A stretch of 64,000 nucleotides of DNA from Prevotella sp. (GTDB lineage: Bacteria > Bacteroidota > Bacteroidia > Bacteroidales > Bacteroidaceae), in NCBI GenBank assembly GCA_022511045.1, contig JAFLSF010000001.1, positions 16,913 to 80,912 on the forward strand, written 5' to 3'. The position numbers and the translations under genes were made by a program. This document shows positions 9,567-18,527 of the stretch, piece after piece (position 1 is the first letter of the stretch; each line of letters opens with the position of its first letter). Below the pieces are notes generated by a model, which saw nothing but the letters and a program-made list of their open reading frames with translations, was not told where the DNA came from and did no database searches.

Positions 9567-12500
9567 GGGTATCAGTTTTTTTGAATGGCTGGGGCTTGAG
9601 GTCTTTAAAGCGGAATATGTCTGTGAACTTTTGCAGTGTACGGCGCCAGATGAAACCTCCGCCATATTTCTGCGTATAGCCGTCCAGCCAGTCATAGCTG
9701 TTGTTCTCGAAGAATAAATCAAGGTACTTGGTTGCTGAATCGTCCAGACGATACTCCATAGAAACATTGTCGAAGAACGACTGGTTGCGTCCACCAGGCA
9801 TATCGGCCCCTGATGTCACCTTTCCGCCAACAATAACTTTCAACCTGTTGTTTAGGAAACGCTTGGAGAACTTGAATGAATAGTCTGTATGCGATTCGCC
9901 AGAGGCATCGGTAGAGTTATCCAAACCGAAGGAGAGGTCTAAGGTTCGCAGAGCATTACCTGTTAGACTGCTGATTTCCGAACTGAGGAATGAACTAAGG
10001 GCAGAGTTCATGGAGAAGGGCTTGGTGTTACCGTCAGCCAGATACATGCCCGTAGTCAGCATGGTGACAGCCAGTTTCCCGCGCTGCTCGGCACCCATTG
10101 ACTGCAGTTCGCTATGCAGTTGCATATCCTCTGGAGCATCAAGCGTAAATTGCAATCCCATATCGCTGAGCGTCTTTGTAATCTGTACACCACAGTCAAA
10201 ATCGACACTTCGAGCCACGCCATTCGAGCCCGTCACGGTGGCTCGTGTGCGCTCTGTGGCTGTGATGTTCAGCGTAGGATTCATGGGTTGTCCCGTGAAT
10301 TCCACGTAAGAGCCGTCTTGTATAGTAAAAGTCTTTAGTGGAATGATGGGTAAGGCATACTTCATCTCGCCGTTCAGCAGCGTATAGCGACCCGTCAGTT
10401 GCAAGTTGTCGGCAGGACTGTAAAGCATACGCAAAGTGCCACCGCCTAACAAGTCAATGTAGTTGGAATGGTCGGTATTGAGATAGGCTATGATGTGTGC
10501 TCCCTTCGACACGTCGACTGTCATATCCATGCGGAAGCCCGTCAGTGCTGGGCGTTCGATAACAGTCTGCGTGGTGTCAGTGAAATCGGTAAACTTGACC
10601 AAAGCCTCTAACTGGTTGTCGGTGGTCAAGGGAGTGTCTCGCAGGATGTAGCTCACATCCGTAGTACCTAGCACATTCAGCCGTCCGCGCATGTTCAGTC
10701 GGCTCAGAGGTCCTTGCATGGAGGCATATATATCCACAAAGGCCTTGCCGTAGGCTACGCTCTTGGCATGTTCTTTCGTGCCGATAATCTGGAAGTTCTG
10801 TGCTTTCATACGTACATCCATCATAATCCTATCCAGATTACTGAAGTCCACGTTTCCTTGTATGTTCAGCGGGTTCTTGTTGTACGCATAGAGTGTGAGG
10901 TTATCCAGCAACAGATTGGAATTGACAATGCGTACTGGGTCATCGTCAAGGCGGAGCGTGACGCCATATGGGTCACTCTCGATGGTAGAGGAGCTAAGCA
11001 GGATTTCGCCGTTGACCAGCGGACGAGATAGCGGTCCCTGGACACTTAGTTCGCCGTCTGCATAGCCTTTGAGGGCAAATAACTGGTCGGCAATGAAGCC
11101 GTTGGCCATTGACAGTGGCAGCTGAGTCAACTGCATCTTTACGTCCAGCGAACCTTCCCCCGCATCGTAGTAAGTACCATCCAGCAGGACGATGTCCTCG
11201 TCGTCTTTCATCAGGCGAGCCATGACAGCATGGGTGTCGTCCTCTTTCTGCAGATACATCAGTTCCGTGCTGACGTGGCCAATGGGTGAGCCCTCGTAAG
11301 CCATGTTGCGCACAGCCATCTCGCTCACCACCGAAATATGTCCTTCGGCATCTTGCACAATGTGATAGTCGCCATTCATAACACCCGCCATGCGTGGAGC
11401 ATAAGGGATGACGGCAGTCATCTCGTTCAGATTGATTTTATGGAGGCTGACGGTCAAATCCTGCAAAACTGTCTGGTCCTGCTCGTTGGAGTAGACCTTC
11501 ATACCCGTACCGTCGTCGGCAATGAGGTCAATCTTAGCCCTTACCCTGTTGTCTCTGCCTAAAAAGACGAAGTTATCCTTATTGAGGTTGAACTCTTTGA
11601 AACCAAGTGTTGGACGCTCTGGCATGAGGCGCAGTTTATAGCCACTGTCTACCACTTCGGCCTGCATGCCCAGTCGCAGCCCCATCTTTTCCTCGGCGTT
11701 GTAGACGCGAACGCCCATCGTGGCTCCTCGCTCCTGCAACACGCCATCGAACAAGGCGTTAAACACGAATTGCGGATTACGTTTGTTGTTGCGTATCTGC
11801 CCGCCGAACGACAAGCGGTGCTTGCGTTGTGTCAATTGGAAGTTGATAGTGTCGAGCCGCATGTCACTGACCGTCAGCGCATGGATATACCCATTGCCGT
11901 TGACACCCGTCTCTACGGAAGTCGTCATGTCCAGCACCATCTCTTTAACATCTACCCCCTGACTGTTCTTGAGCAACGCTGCAATAGGATTGTCCTGCTT
12001 GCTTTCCACATGCAGCTTCATGGTTGGTAGCAACTGGCGCAGTGCTGGCTGGTCGATGGTCTTTTTGTCTATCTGTGCCGCAGCAGAGTCGCCCAATATA
12101 CTCAACTGATTGAACAACCGCTCATAGTCGCCGCTTGCATCAAACATAACAATAAAATCGCCGCTTTGGATGCGTGCCAACACTGTGTCGGCATCGGTCT
12201 TGAGGTGCAGCCCGATGAACTCCTCGCGGAAAGTTCTGCTGGAGTCTCTGAGGATGATGTCGCTGATAAGGCCGCTTGCGCTGTGCGACAGCTTCATGTC
12301 CGATGTGAGGTCAATATGCCCGCAGAGCCCTATGCTCAGAGGGTCTTCTGTGAGGAGCATCTTCTGTAAGTCTACCTTGTTTACGTCAGCCGTCACGGTG
12401 GCGTTCAGTTCTCGGGTATTTAGCAAGGCATCCAAGCAAACCCGTCCGTTGACCAACGGATTGCGGCTGTCAATGTTAGCAATGGCATGTCCGTTTTTAA

Positions 12501-14142
12501 CACGGGCCTTGGCCGTAATGTTGTCCAGGCTCCATTGTCCGTAGCCTAATTGGTGGATGGTTGCGTCCGCCTCCATCGTGGTTTTTGGCGACAGGAAATC
12601 TGTGCCTTGTCCATTGGCCGTGACGTCGGCCGAAATCGTGTAGATGGAGTCGTTAGGCATGAAATGATGAATGTTCAAGTCGTGGATGCTCACATCGGCG
12701 TTATATCGCATGATGTCAGCATTGATGGAACCCTTAGCCTTGATGGTGCCTTTCCCCTCGTGGGCGGTAATGTCGGCCGAGTATTGGCCGCCGTGTGCCC
12801 TCACGCTGCCTTGTGCCGATATGGGTGGCAGCCGTAGGTTTTGGCGTTGTTCGCGCGGCAGCATCGTCATCAAGAAATTCAGGTTCTGCGTCTGAGCCAT
12901 AAATTTGACGTCCGCATCCAGTTTCTTTGGATTGTCCAGACGGGCTACGACGCCGCTTGCAGTAGCTCGGAAAGCCCCCGCCAGCGCAATACGGATGTCG
13001 TCCAGTTTCATGTGCTGCATATTGCCGCGAACGGTTCCGCTCACGCTCAGTGGCTGGTTGGGCCACTGCTGCGCAATTTCTTTGGAGAACATCTCCAAGA
13101 ATGGCAACAGCGTTTGCTTGCCTAATTGTGCATCCAATCGCAGTTGCATGCTGCCAGGATTTAGGTCGTCTGTCAGCGAGAGCGGCATGTCGAGGGCAAC
13201 GTCAACAAGCCCGTCGGGCGTTGTCAGTTTCATTTGTGGCAGCTTAATGATGCCGTCATCCATGATAACCGCACCAGTCACGTTGTTTATTTCCAGCCCG
13301 CTCTTTTCCTTCATCGACACTGTTCGCAGCTGTAGGCGCAGGGTCGGGTCGTGGTAGTAAATGGAGTCAATGCCTACGTCAATGTCTGTCAGTTCAATGT
13401 GGTTCAAGTCCAGTCCCTCGGTGGCTGGCTCGTGGTTTTGGTCGTATCGTACTGTTCCTTTCGTCCAGTCCACGCGCTCTACGGTGTAGGTTTCCGTCCC
13501 TAAGTCAATCCATGCTTCATGGGCTTTCAATTCCCCCATGCGGGCATGGACGCTCATGGAGTCTCCAGGCATGTGGAGCGTCATTTCAGATTGTGCGATG
13601 GTTGCCTCGTCGACGTGTATCCTCCAGCGGTTTTCCGATTTTGTCGTGTCCTCTGGCACTGAGTCGTTTAGCTGGATGTCCAGCCGGGCATTTTCCAGGC
13701 GTGTTCCGTTCAGCTCTACCGTTTCTTTGCCCAAGTCAATGCCTCGGCTTGTCACAAAGAGTCGGGCGAACTGTCCCTTGATGCGGGCTGCCGCTATCAG
13801 GTCGCTGGTGTTCAGTCGGGTGTTGGTGACCTCCAGTTCGTTGACGACCACCTTGCCGGTGAGCAAGGGAAGCAGCTGCACGTCGACGATGGCGCGCTTG
13901 ACGTCGGCAACGGTGTCCTGTTCTTTGATGACGCTGACGTTGTCGACGGCCAAGTCTAAGGGGAATGACAAGGCTACGTGGTCTATGCTGATTTGCATGC
14001 CCGTTTCCTCTGAGGCGTAGGCGGCCACTTTGTCTACCACCCAATTCTGAACGGGGGGCAGATAAAGCGTTATTGCCAATATCACGAACAGCAAGACGGG
14101 ACTTAGCAAGAGGCCTAACGTCCACCAGAAAACCTTCTTCAT
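9553..14142 (-). CDS. tamB: Translocation/assembly module TamB-domain protein
   Basis: 1529 aa with an N-terminal anchor (LYLPPVQN), long beta-rich repeats and a DUF490-like C-terminus (FSKRFLNNRL). Confidence 0.8.
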   Translation of the reverse strand: MKKVFWWTLGLLLSPVLLFVILAITLYLPPVQNWVVDKVAAYASEETGMQISIDHVALSFPLDLAVDNVSVIKEQDTVADVKRAIVDVQLLPLLTGKVVVNELEVTNTRLNTSDLIAAARIKGQFARLFVTSRGIDLGKETVELNGTRLENARLDIQLNDSVPEDTTKSENRWRIHVDEATIAQSEMTLHMPGDSMSVHARMGELKAHEAWIDLGTETYTVERVDWTKGTVRYDQNHEPATEGLDLNHIELTDIDVGIDSIYYHDPTLRLQLRTVSMKEKSGLEINNVTGAVIMDDGIIKLPQMKLTTPDGLVDVALDMPLSLTDDLNPGSMQLRLDAQLGKQTLLPFLEMFSKEIAQQWPNQPLSVSGTVRGNMQHMKLDDIRIALAGAFRATASGVVARLDNPKKLDADVKFMAQTQNLNFLMTMLPREQRQNLRLPPISAQGSVRAHGGQYSADITAHEGKGTIKAKGSINADIMRYNADVSIHDLNIHHFMPNDSIYTISADVTANGQGTDFLSPKTTMEADATIHQLGYGQWSLDNITAKARVKNGHAIANIDSRNPLVNGRVCLDALLNTRELNATVTADVNKVDLQKMLLTEDPLSIGLCGHIDLTSDMKLSHSASGLISDIILRDSSRTFREEFIGLHLKTDADTVLARIQSGDFIVMFDASGDYERLFNQLSILGDSAAAQIDKKTIDQPALRQLLPTMKLHVESKQDNPIAALLKNSQGVDVKEMVLDMTTSVETGVNGNGYIHALTVSDMRLDTINFQLTQRKHRLSFGGQIRNNKRNPQFVFNALFDGVLQERGATMGVRVYNAEEKMGLRLGMQAEVVDSGYKLRLMPERPTLGFKEFNLNKDNFVFLGRDNRVRAKIDLIADDGTGMKVYSNEQDQTVLQDLTVSLHKINLNEMTAVIPYAPRMAGVMNGDYHIVQDAEGHISVVSEMAVRNMAYEGSPIGHVSTELMYLQKEDDTHAVMARLMKDDEDIVLLDGTYYDAGEGSLDVKMQLTQLPLSMANGFIADQLFALKGYADGELSVQGPLSRPLVNGEILLSSSTIESDPYGVTLRLDDDPVRIVNSNLLLDNLTLYAYNKNPLNIQGNVDFSNLDRIMMDVRMKAQNFQIIGTKEHAKSVAYGKAFVDIYASMQGPLSRLNMRGRLNVLGTTDVSYILRDTPLTTDNQLEALVKFTDFTDTTQTVIERPALTGFRMDMTVDVSKGAHIIAYLNTDHSNYIDLLGGGTLRMLYSPADNLQLTGRYTLLNGEMKYALPIIPLKTFTIQDGSYVEFTGQPMNPTLNITATERTRATVTGSNGVARSVDFDCGVQITKTLSDMGLQFTLDAPEDMQLHSELQSMGAEQRGKLAVTMLTTGMYLADGNTKPFSMNSALSSFLSSEISSLTGNALRTLDLSFGLDNSTDASGESHTDYSFKFSKRFLNNRLKVIVGGKVTSGADMPGGRNQSFFDNVSMEYRLDDSATKYLDLFFENNSYDWLDGYTQKYGGGFIWRRTLQKFTDIFRFKDLKPQPFKKTDTHETK

Positions 14143-14195
14143 CTTATCTTCCAGAGAATCCGTTGCAAAAGTACATAATAATTGTCAATCGGCCG

Positions 14196-14909
14196 CTAAC
14201 AATCTTCCTTTATTTTGAAACTTTGCCAAAGTTTGTCGTCGGGCAGGGGAGCGGTGATTTCTATGTTTTTTTTCGAGACGGGGTGCGTGAACGTGACCTT
14301 ACGCGACAGCAGCGAGATGCTCCCGTCGGGATTGCTGCGTTTTGCGCCGTACTTCAAGTCGCCTTTGATGGGCATGCCGATGGCCGCTAACTGGCAGCGT
14401 ATCTGGTGGTGGCGCCCCGTCAGCAGGTTGACCTCCACCAGCCGGTAGCGTTCAGATGAGCCTATCACTCTGTACCGCAGCACCGCTTTCTTGGCGTTGG
14501 GAGCCTCACGGGCGTAGGCATAGCTCTTGTTTTGTTTCTCGTTGCGTGTGAGCCAGTGGGTCAGCTCGTTCCACGCCGTCCTCGTGGCGTCTTTCCCGTC
14601 CTCTCGTGCTTCCTGTGGCTGTCCGCTGACGATTGCCCAGTAGGTTTTGTGCACTTCGCCCTCTGCAAACATACGGTTCATGCGGGCCAGTGCCTTCGAT
14701 GTGCGGGCAAATACCACCAGCCCTGAGACGGGGCGGTCCAGCCTGTGCACCACGCCCAAGAATACGTCCCCGGGCTTTTGGTATTTCTCCTTGATGTAGT
14801 CTTTCACCATATCAGAAAGGGGGCGGTCGCCGGTCTTGTCTCCCTGGACGATCTCCCCACTTTCCTTACAAACAACAATGAGATGGTTATCTTCGTATAT
14901 AACTCGCAT
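14196..14909 (-). CDS. RluA-family RNA pseudouridine synthase
   Basis: VHRLDRPVSG catalytic motif, TGRHHQIR and PIKGDLKYG. Confidence 0.9.
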   Translation of the reverse strand: MRVIYEDNHLIVVCKESGEIVQGDKTGDRPLSDMVKDYIKEKYQKPGDVFLGVVHRLDRPVSGLVVFARTSKALARMNRMFAEGEVHKTYWAIVSGQPQEAREDGKDATRTAWNELTHWLTRNEKQNKSYAYAREAPNAKKAVLRYRVIGSSERYRLVEVNLLTGRHHQIRCQLAAIGMPIKGDLKYGAKRSNPDGSISLLSRKVTFTHPVSKKNIEITAPLPDDKLWQSFKIKEDC

Positions 14910-14912
14910 GGA

Positions 14913-15650
14913 TTACATGTTCATGCCGCCATCCACTTGAATGACCTGTCCGCTGACATAGCTGGCGAGGTCGCTGGCTAGGAAAGTGGCCACGTTGGCG
15001 ATGTCTTCCACCTGTCCGCCGCGACGCAGGGGGATTTTCTTCTTCCACTCCTCGCGCACCTCGTCGGGCAGCTGTGCCGTCATGGCCGTCTCGATGAAGC
15101 CCGGTGCAATGGCGTTGGCGCGGATTCCCTTCGGACCCATCTCTTGCGCAATGGACTTGGCAAGGGCGATAAGCCCGGCCTTCGAGGCGGCATAGTTAGC
15201 CTGTCCTGCATTGCCGTGAACGCCTACGACGCTGGCCATGTTGATGATGGAGCCGCCGCGCTGGCGCATCATGATGGGTGTGCAGGCATGGATGAAGTTG
15301 AAAGCCGATTTCAGGTTGACGGCAATGACGGCATCCCACTGCTGCTCCGTCATGCGCAGCATCAGGCCGTCTTTGGTGATGCCGGCGTTGTTGACCAGAA
15401 TGTCAATGGCGCCGAACTCCGCCTTGACGGCATTGACAACCTCCTCGGTCTGGGCAAAGTCGGCAGCATTGGAGGCATAGCTCTTGACCTTTACCCCCAG
15501 GGCGGCAATCTCGCGTTCGGTCTCTTCGTTGACTTCCAAGTCAGTGAAGGCGATGTTGGCCCCCTCTTCGGCAAACTTCAGGGCAATGGCCTTGCCAATT
15601 CCGCGTGCAGCACCAGTGATGAGTGCTGTCTTTCCTTGTAATAATCCCAT
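14913..15650 (-). CDS. fabG: 3-oxoacyl-ACP reductase
   Basis: TGAARGIG, NNAGITKD and NYAASK SDR motifs; tetR-fabG-rluA order typical of Bacteroidales. Confidence 0.92.
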   Translation of the reverse strand: MGLLQGKTALITGAARGIGKAIALKFAEEGANIAFTDLEVNEETEREIAALGVKVKSYASNAADFAQTEEVVNAVKAEFGAIDILVNNAGITKDGLMLRMTEQQWDAVIAVNLKSAFNFIHACTPIMMRQRGGSIINMASVVGVHGNAGQANYAASKAGLIALAKSIAQEMGPKGIRANAIAPGFIETAMTAQLPDEVREEWKKKIPLRRGGQVEDIANVATFLASDLASYVSGQVIQVDGGMNM

Positions 15651-15716
15651 AGTAGTATTCTTTTTCTGTTTGTTTATAATATTTTAATGAAATCAGTCCT
15701 CGCTGTTCTCCGCCGC

Positions 15717-16307
15717 CTACGGTTTCCGCTTTCCCAGTGCGCTGTAGACTATCTTGGCCACTTGCGGCTTGGTAGCCTCGGCCGTCATGCCGTGCGCAAT
15801 GCGGCCGTAGATGTAGGGGACCTCCAGCCCCTTGATGCAGTAGTGCGTAATGTCCGCCACGAGGTCTACGTTGTCAATGTCGAACTCGCCGTCCTCCTTG
15901 CCCTCGTCGAACACCTTGCGGAAAAGCTCTATTTCGGCGTCGTCAAAGTTCTTGCGCACCTTCTCAACCATCCAGATGTTGCGGAAGAACTCGGCGCGCA
16001 GGTTGCCGTTGCGGACCACCGTCTCACGAATCATGCTCAGATGCAGGTAGATAAGCTCTATAATCTTGTCCTGCGGCGGTATGCGCTTGGCAGCCACCTC
16101 GTCCAGCTGGTCGGACAGCCGCTCCAGCTCCGCCTCGATGACGGCGTAGTAAATATCCTCCTTAGACTTGAAGTAGGTGTACAACGTGCGTCGACCCTTG
16201 CCCGACGCCTGGGCAATATCGTTCATCGTCGTGTTCTCCAGACCGTTCTTGGCAAACAGCTGGCGCGCAACGTCTACTAACTTCTGGCGTGTTTTAGATA
16301 TAGACAT
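15717..16307 (-). CDS. TetR/AcrR family transcriptional regulator
   Basis: N-terminal HTH ARQLFAKNG..TTMNDIAQASGKGRRTLYTYFKSK. Confidence 0.9.
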   Translation of the reverse strand: MSISKTRQKLVDVARQLFAKNGLENTTMNDIAQASGKGRRTLYTYFKSKEDIYYAVIEAELERLSDQLDEVAAKRIPPQDKIIELIYLHLSMIRETVVRNGNLRAEFFRNIWMVEKVRKNFDDAEIELFRKVFDEGKEDGEFDIDNVDLVADITHYCIKGLEVPYIYGRIAHGMTAEATKPQVAKIVYSALGKRKP

Positions 16308-16471
16308 AATCTTTAAGCCTTCCCGAATGATTCTGATTGCACATGTTTTTTGTGATGCGCAAAATTAAGGAATACTTCCCAAACAACCAAATATTTTGGC
16401 TATAAAAGTGGTAAAATGCCTAAAAAATGCGATTTCTTTGCAAAAAACTTGCACGATTGGAAAAATAGTCG

Positions 16472-16479
16472 TACCTTTG
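16472..16479 (+). promoter_or_regulatory. -7 promoter box for tRNA-fMet
   Basis: TACCTTTG about 47 nt upstream of the tRNA. Confidence 0.6.
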
Positions 16480-16525
16480 CACCCGCATTTGAGACATCGG
16501 GTGCGCAATCATACGAAGTAAACAT

Positions 16526-16598
16526 CGCGGAGTGGAGCAGTTGGTAGCTCGCCAGGCTCATAACCTGGAGGTCGCATGTTCGAATCCTGCCTCCGCAA
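16526..16598 (+). tRNA. tRNA-Met(CAT), initiator type
   Basis: Cloverleaf with acceptor CGCGGAG/CTCCGCA (C1:A72 mismatch), anticodon arm CCAGG-CTCATAA-CCTGG and T loop TTCGAAT. CCA is not encoded. Confidence 0.95.
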
Positions 16599-16602
16599 CT
16601 AC

Positions 16603-16637
16603 GGGAAGCCTAACGAAAAGTTGGGCTTCCCCTTTTT
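16603..16637 (+). terminator. Intrinsic terminator after the tRNA
   Basis: GGGAAGCCTAAC-GAAAA-GTTGGGCTTCCC followed by a T run. Confidence 0.75.
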
Positions 16638-16676
16638 CTCCCTGTCATCGCCCAAAAACCGTACACCCGCCAGCCG

Positions 16677-16832
16677 CAAGGCCGCGCCTCGGTCGTATCT
16701 TAGCGGCACTGCGTATAGGCCTCGGTCGGGGCGAGGCCTATGCACATCGTCTGCACCCGCCATACGCTCCGTCTGCGCACCCCATGCTTTCCATCTGTGT
16801 ACCCCGTGCGCCCCATCCGAGCTCCCATTTGC
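16677..16832. repeat. 11/22-bp phased array B
   Basis: TGCG-TATAGGC-CTCG-N7-CGAG-GCCTATG-CACA (16710-16746), then four degenerate 22-mers (about CCRTCTGYGYACCCCATGCG) at 16745, 16767, 16789 and 16811. Confidence 0.7.
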
Positions 16833-16841
16833 ATAAAATAT

Positions 16842-16876
16842 TGTCATTTTTCTTGACAAAATCAAGAAAAATGACA
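16842..16876. repeat. Perfect 15-bp inverted repeat with 5-nt spacer
   Basis: TGTCATTTTTCTTGA-CAAAA-TCAAGAAAAATGACA. Confidence 0.85.
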
Positions 16877-16886
16877 TGACGGCTGT

Positions 16887-17059
16887 GACAATTGGACATT
16901 TGGACAATAAGCCAATTTTTAGGTGCAAGAACACTACAAGGATAGAAAATTTAATATATATATTATATATATATAATATATATATTAAAAGTTTATTATA
17001 AAAGCTAATGTAACATTAAAAACACGCTTAATGTCTTATTGTCCAAATGTCCAAATGTC
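16887..17059. repeat. Nested palindrome: 25-bp inverted arms around a perfect 40-bp A/T palindrome
   Basis: Arms GACAATTGGACATTTGGACAATAAG (16887-16911) and CTTATTGTCCAAATGTCCAAATGTC (17035-17059) differ by one mismatch. The core at 16950-16989 is self-complementary. Confidence 0.85.
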
Positions 17060-17199
17060 CACTTTTCGTCGCCAGAGACAGCGAAAAAACTTTAAACCTT
17101 AAAGCCCGACACGACCGATGGCGGCCGACCGACATTGTTAAAAATAATGAAATAACGCCCTATTTACGCCTTTTTCTTGCTGGTTTCCAAACTATTTCG

Positions 17200-17207
17200 T
17201 AACTTTG
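17200..17207 (+). promoter_or_regulatory. -7 promoter box for the pilus-like operon
   Basis: TAACTTTG about 52 nt upstream of the ATG at 17259. Confidence 0.55.
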
Positions 17208-17258
17208 TGTGCTATTTAATAGGTACAGGAAAGGAAACGCGCAGAAAAAACAGGCTTA

Positions 17259-18527
17259 ATGTATAGCAATCGACGTGGAAATAATAGAGGCTTGGCGCTA
17301 CTGGCATTACTGCTATGTTGGTCGTGGAGTGTAGCCTTCTCGCAAGGGGAGGGGAAGCATTTCAAGATTAGGTATGTCATCAACATAGCAGACATCGATA
17401 CGACCTTCGTCGACAACAACGAGCGAATCAAGGAAATGGAGGAATTCCTGCGCAAGGTTCGCGACGACGACCGCCTCGAGCTTCGCGCCGTGCGTTTCAG
17501 CGGCACGGCATCGCCCGACGGCCCCTATGAGTTCAACCAGTGGCTGTGTGCCAACCGTCTGGAGCATTTCAAGGAGCTCATCCGCACCGTCATCGACGTG
17601 CCTGACAGCATCGTCACTGCCAGCGATGGCTACATCACGTGGGACGAGTTCCGACAGGAGGTGGAAAAGTCCGACTTGAAGTACCGCGACGAGATACTGG
17701 CCGTCATCGACCAGAAGCCGGGCCTCGTGCTGTGGTATGCCGACAGGCACACCGACCACCGCCTGCTGAAGCTCCGCAGGATGCACGGAGGCAAGGCGTG
17801 GGAGTCGCTGAAGAGTCCCATCCTCTTCAACCTCCGTTTCGCCGATGCCGAGTTTGTGCTGGCGCGAAAAATCGAGATGCCCGACGCCATACGGCTCTTT
17901 CCGAATTTGCCCCCTGCTCCGCCGCCTGCCACGCTTGGCGACTATTATCTTGAGCCGGACATCTGGATAGGCCGCCTGCACCTCAAGACCAACTTCGTAG
18001 ACCTCGGGCTGCTCATCGCAAACTTGGCCGTCGAGGTCGACCTTGCACCGCACTGGTCGTTCACGCTGCCCCTGTATTATTCGGCCATCGACTACTTCAA
18101 GTCCACCGTCAAGTTCCGCATGCTCGGCTGTCAGCCCGAGTTCCGCTACTGGTTCTCGCCGACAACCAACGACGGCTTTTTTGCCGGTGCCCACCTCGGC
18201 GTCTCCTACTATAACTTCGCCTTCGACGGTCCCTATCGCTATCAGGACCACAACGGCACCACGCCCACCGTCGGCGGCGGCCTCAGTTTCGGCTATCGCA
18301 CGCTCCTCGGCAAGAGCCAGCGCTGGCGCCTCGAGTTCACGGCTGGTGCAGGCGTCTATCCCCTCTATTACGACAGGTTCCACAACACGCCCGACGTGAG
18401 GGACGGAATGCTCGTCGACAACCATAGGAAAACGTTCGTAGGCCTCGACCAGGCAGCAGTCACGCTGGCCTATTCGTTTGACATACGCCGAAAAATCAAG
18501 TGGAACATGAAAGGAGGCCGACCATGA
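17259..18527 (+). CDS. DUF3575-domain outer membrane protein with OmpA-like N-terminal region
   Basis: Signal peptide; GTASPDG..FNQWLCANR (OmpA-like); C-terminal barrel LKTN..ANLAVEV..QPEFRYW..LEFTAGAG. Confidence 0.75.
   Translation: MYSNRRGNNRGLALLALLLCWSWSVAFSQGEGKHFKIRYVINIADIDTTFVDNNERIKEMEEFLRKVRDDDRLELRAVRFSGTASPDGPYEFNQWLCANRLEHFKELIRTVIDVPDSIVTASDGYITWDEFRQEVEKSDLKYRDEILAVIDQKPGLVLWYADRHTDHRLLKLRRMHGGKAWESLKSPILFNLRFADAEFVLARKIEMPDAIRLFPNLPPAPPPATLGDYYLEPDIWIGRLHLKTNFVDLGLLIANLAVEVDLAPHWSFTLPLYYSAIDYFKSTVKFRMLGCQPEFRYWFSPTTNDGFFAGAHLGVSYYNFAFDGPYRYQDHNGTTPTVGGGLSFGYRTLLGKSQRWRLEFTAGAGVYPLYYDRFHNTPDVRDGMLVDNHRKTFVGLDQAAVTLAYSFDIRRKIKWNMKGGRP

Noticed and set aside
7203..9794. ORF-track N-terminal extensions (tamA from 9794, TPR from 25077, etfB from 37813, topB from 44672, porQ from 55288)
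   Set aside because: They overlap neighbouring genes or promoter boxes; signal peptides and family motifs begin at downstream ATGs.
16532..16934. ORFs 16532-16879, 16576-16836 and 16599-16934
   Set aside because: They overlap the tRNA, its terminator and array B, with no protein-like features.
17313..18425. 370-aa antisense ORF (also 38792-39886, 40670-41347 and 15687-16280)
   Set aside because: Shadow frames opposite well-supported genes with biased codon usage; no recognisable motifs.
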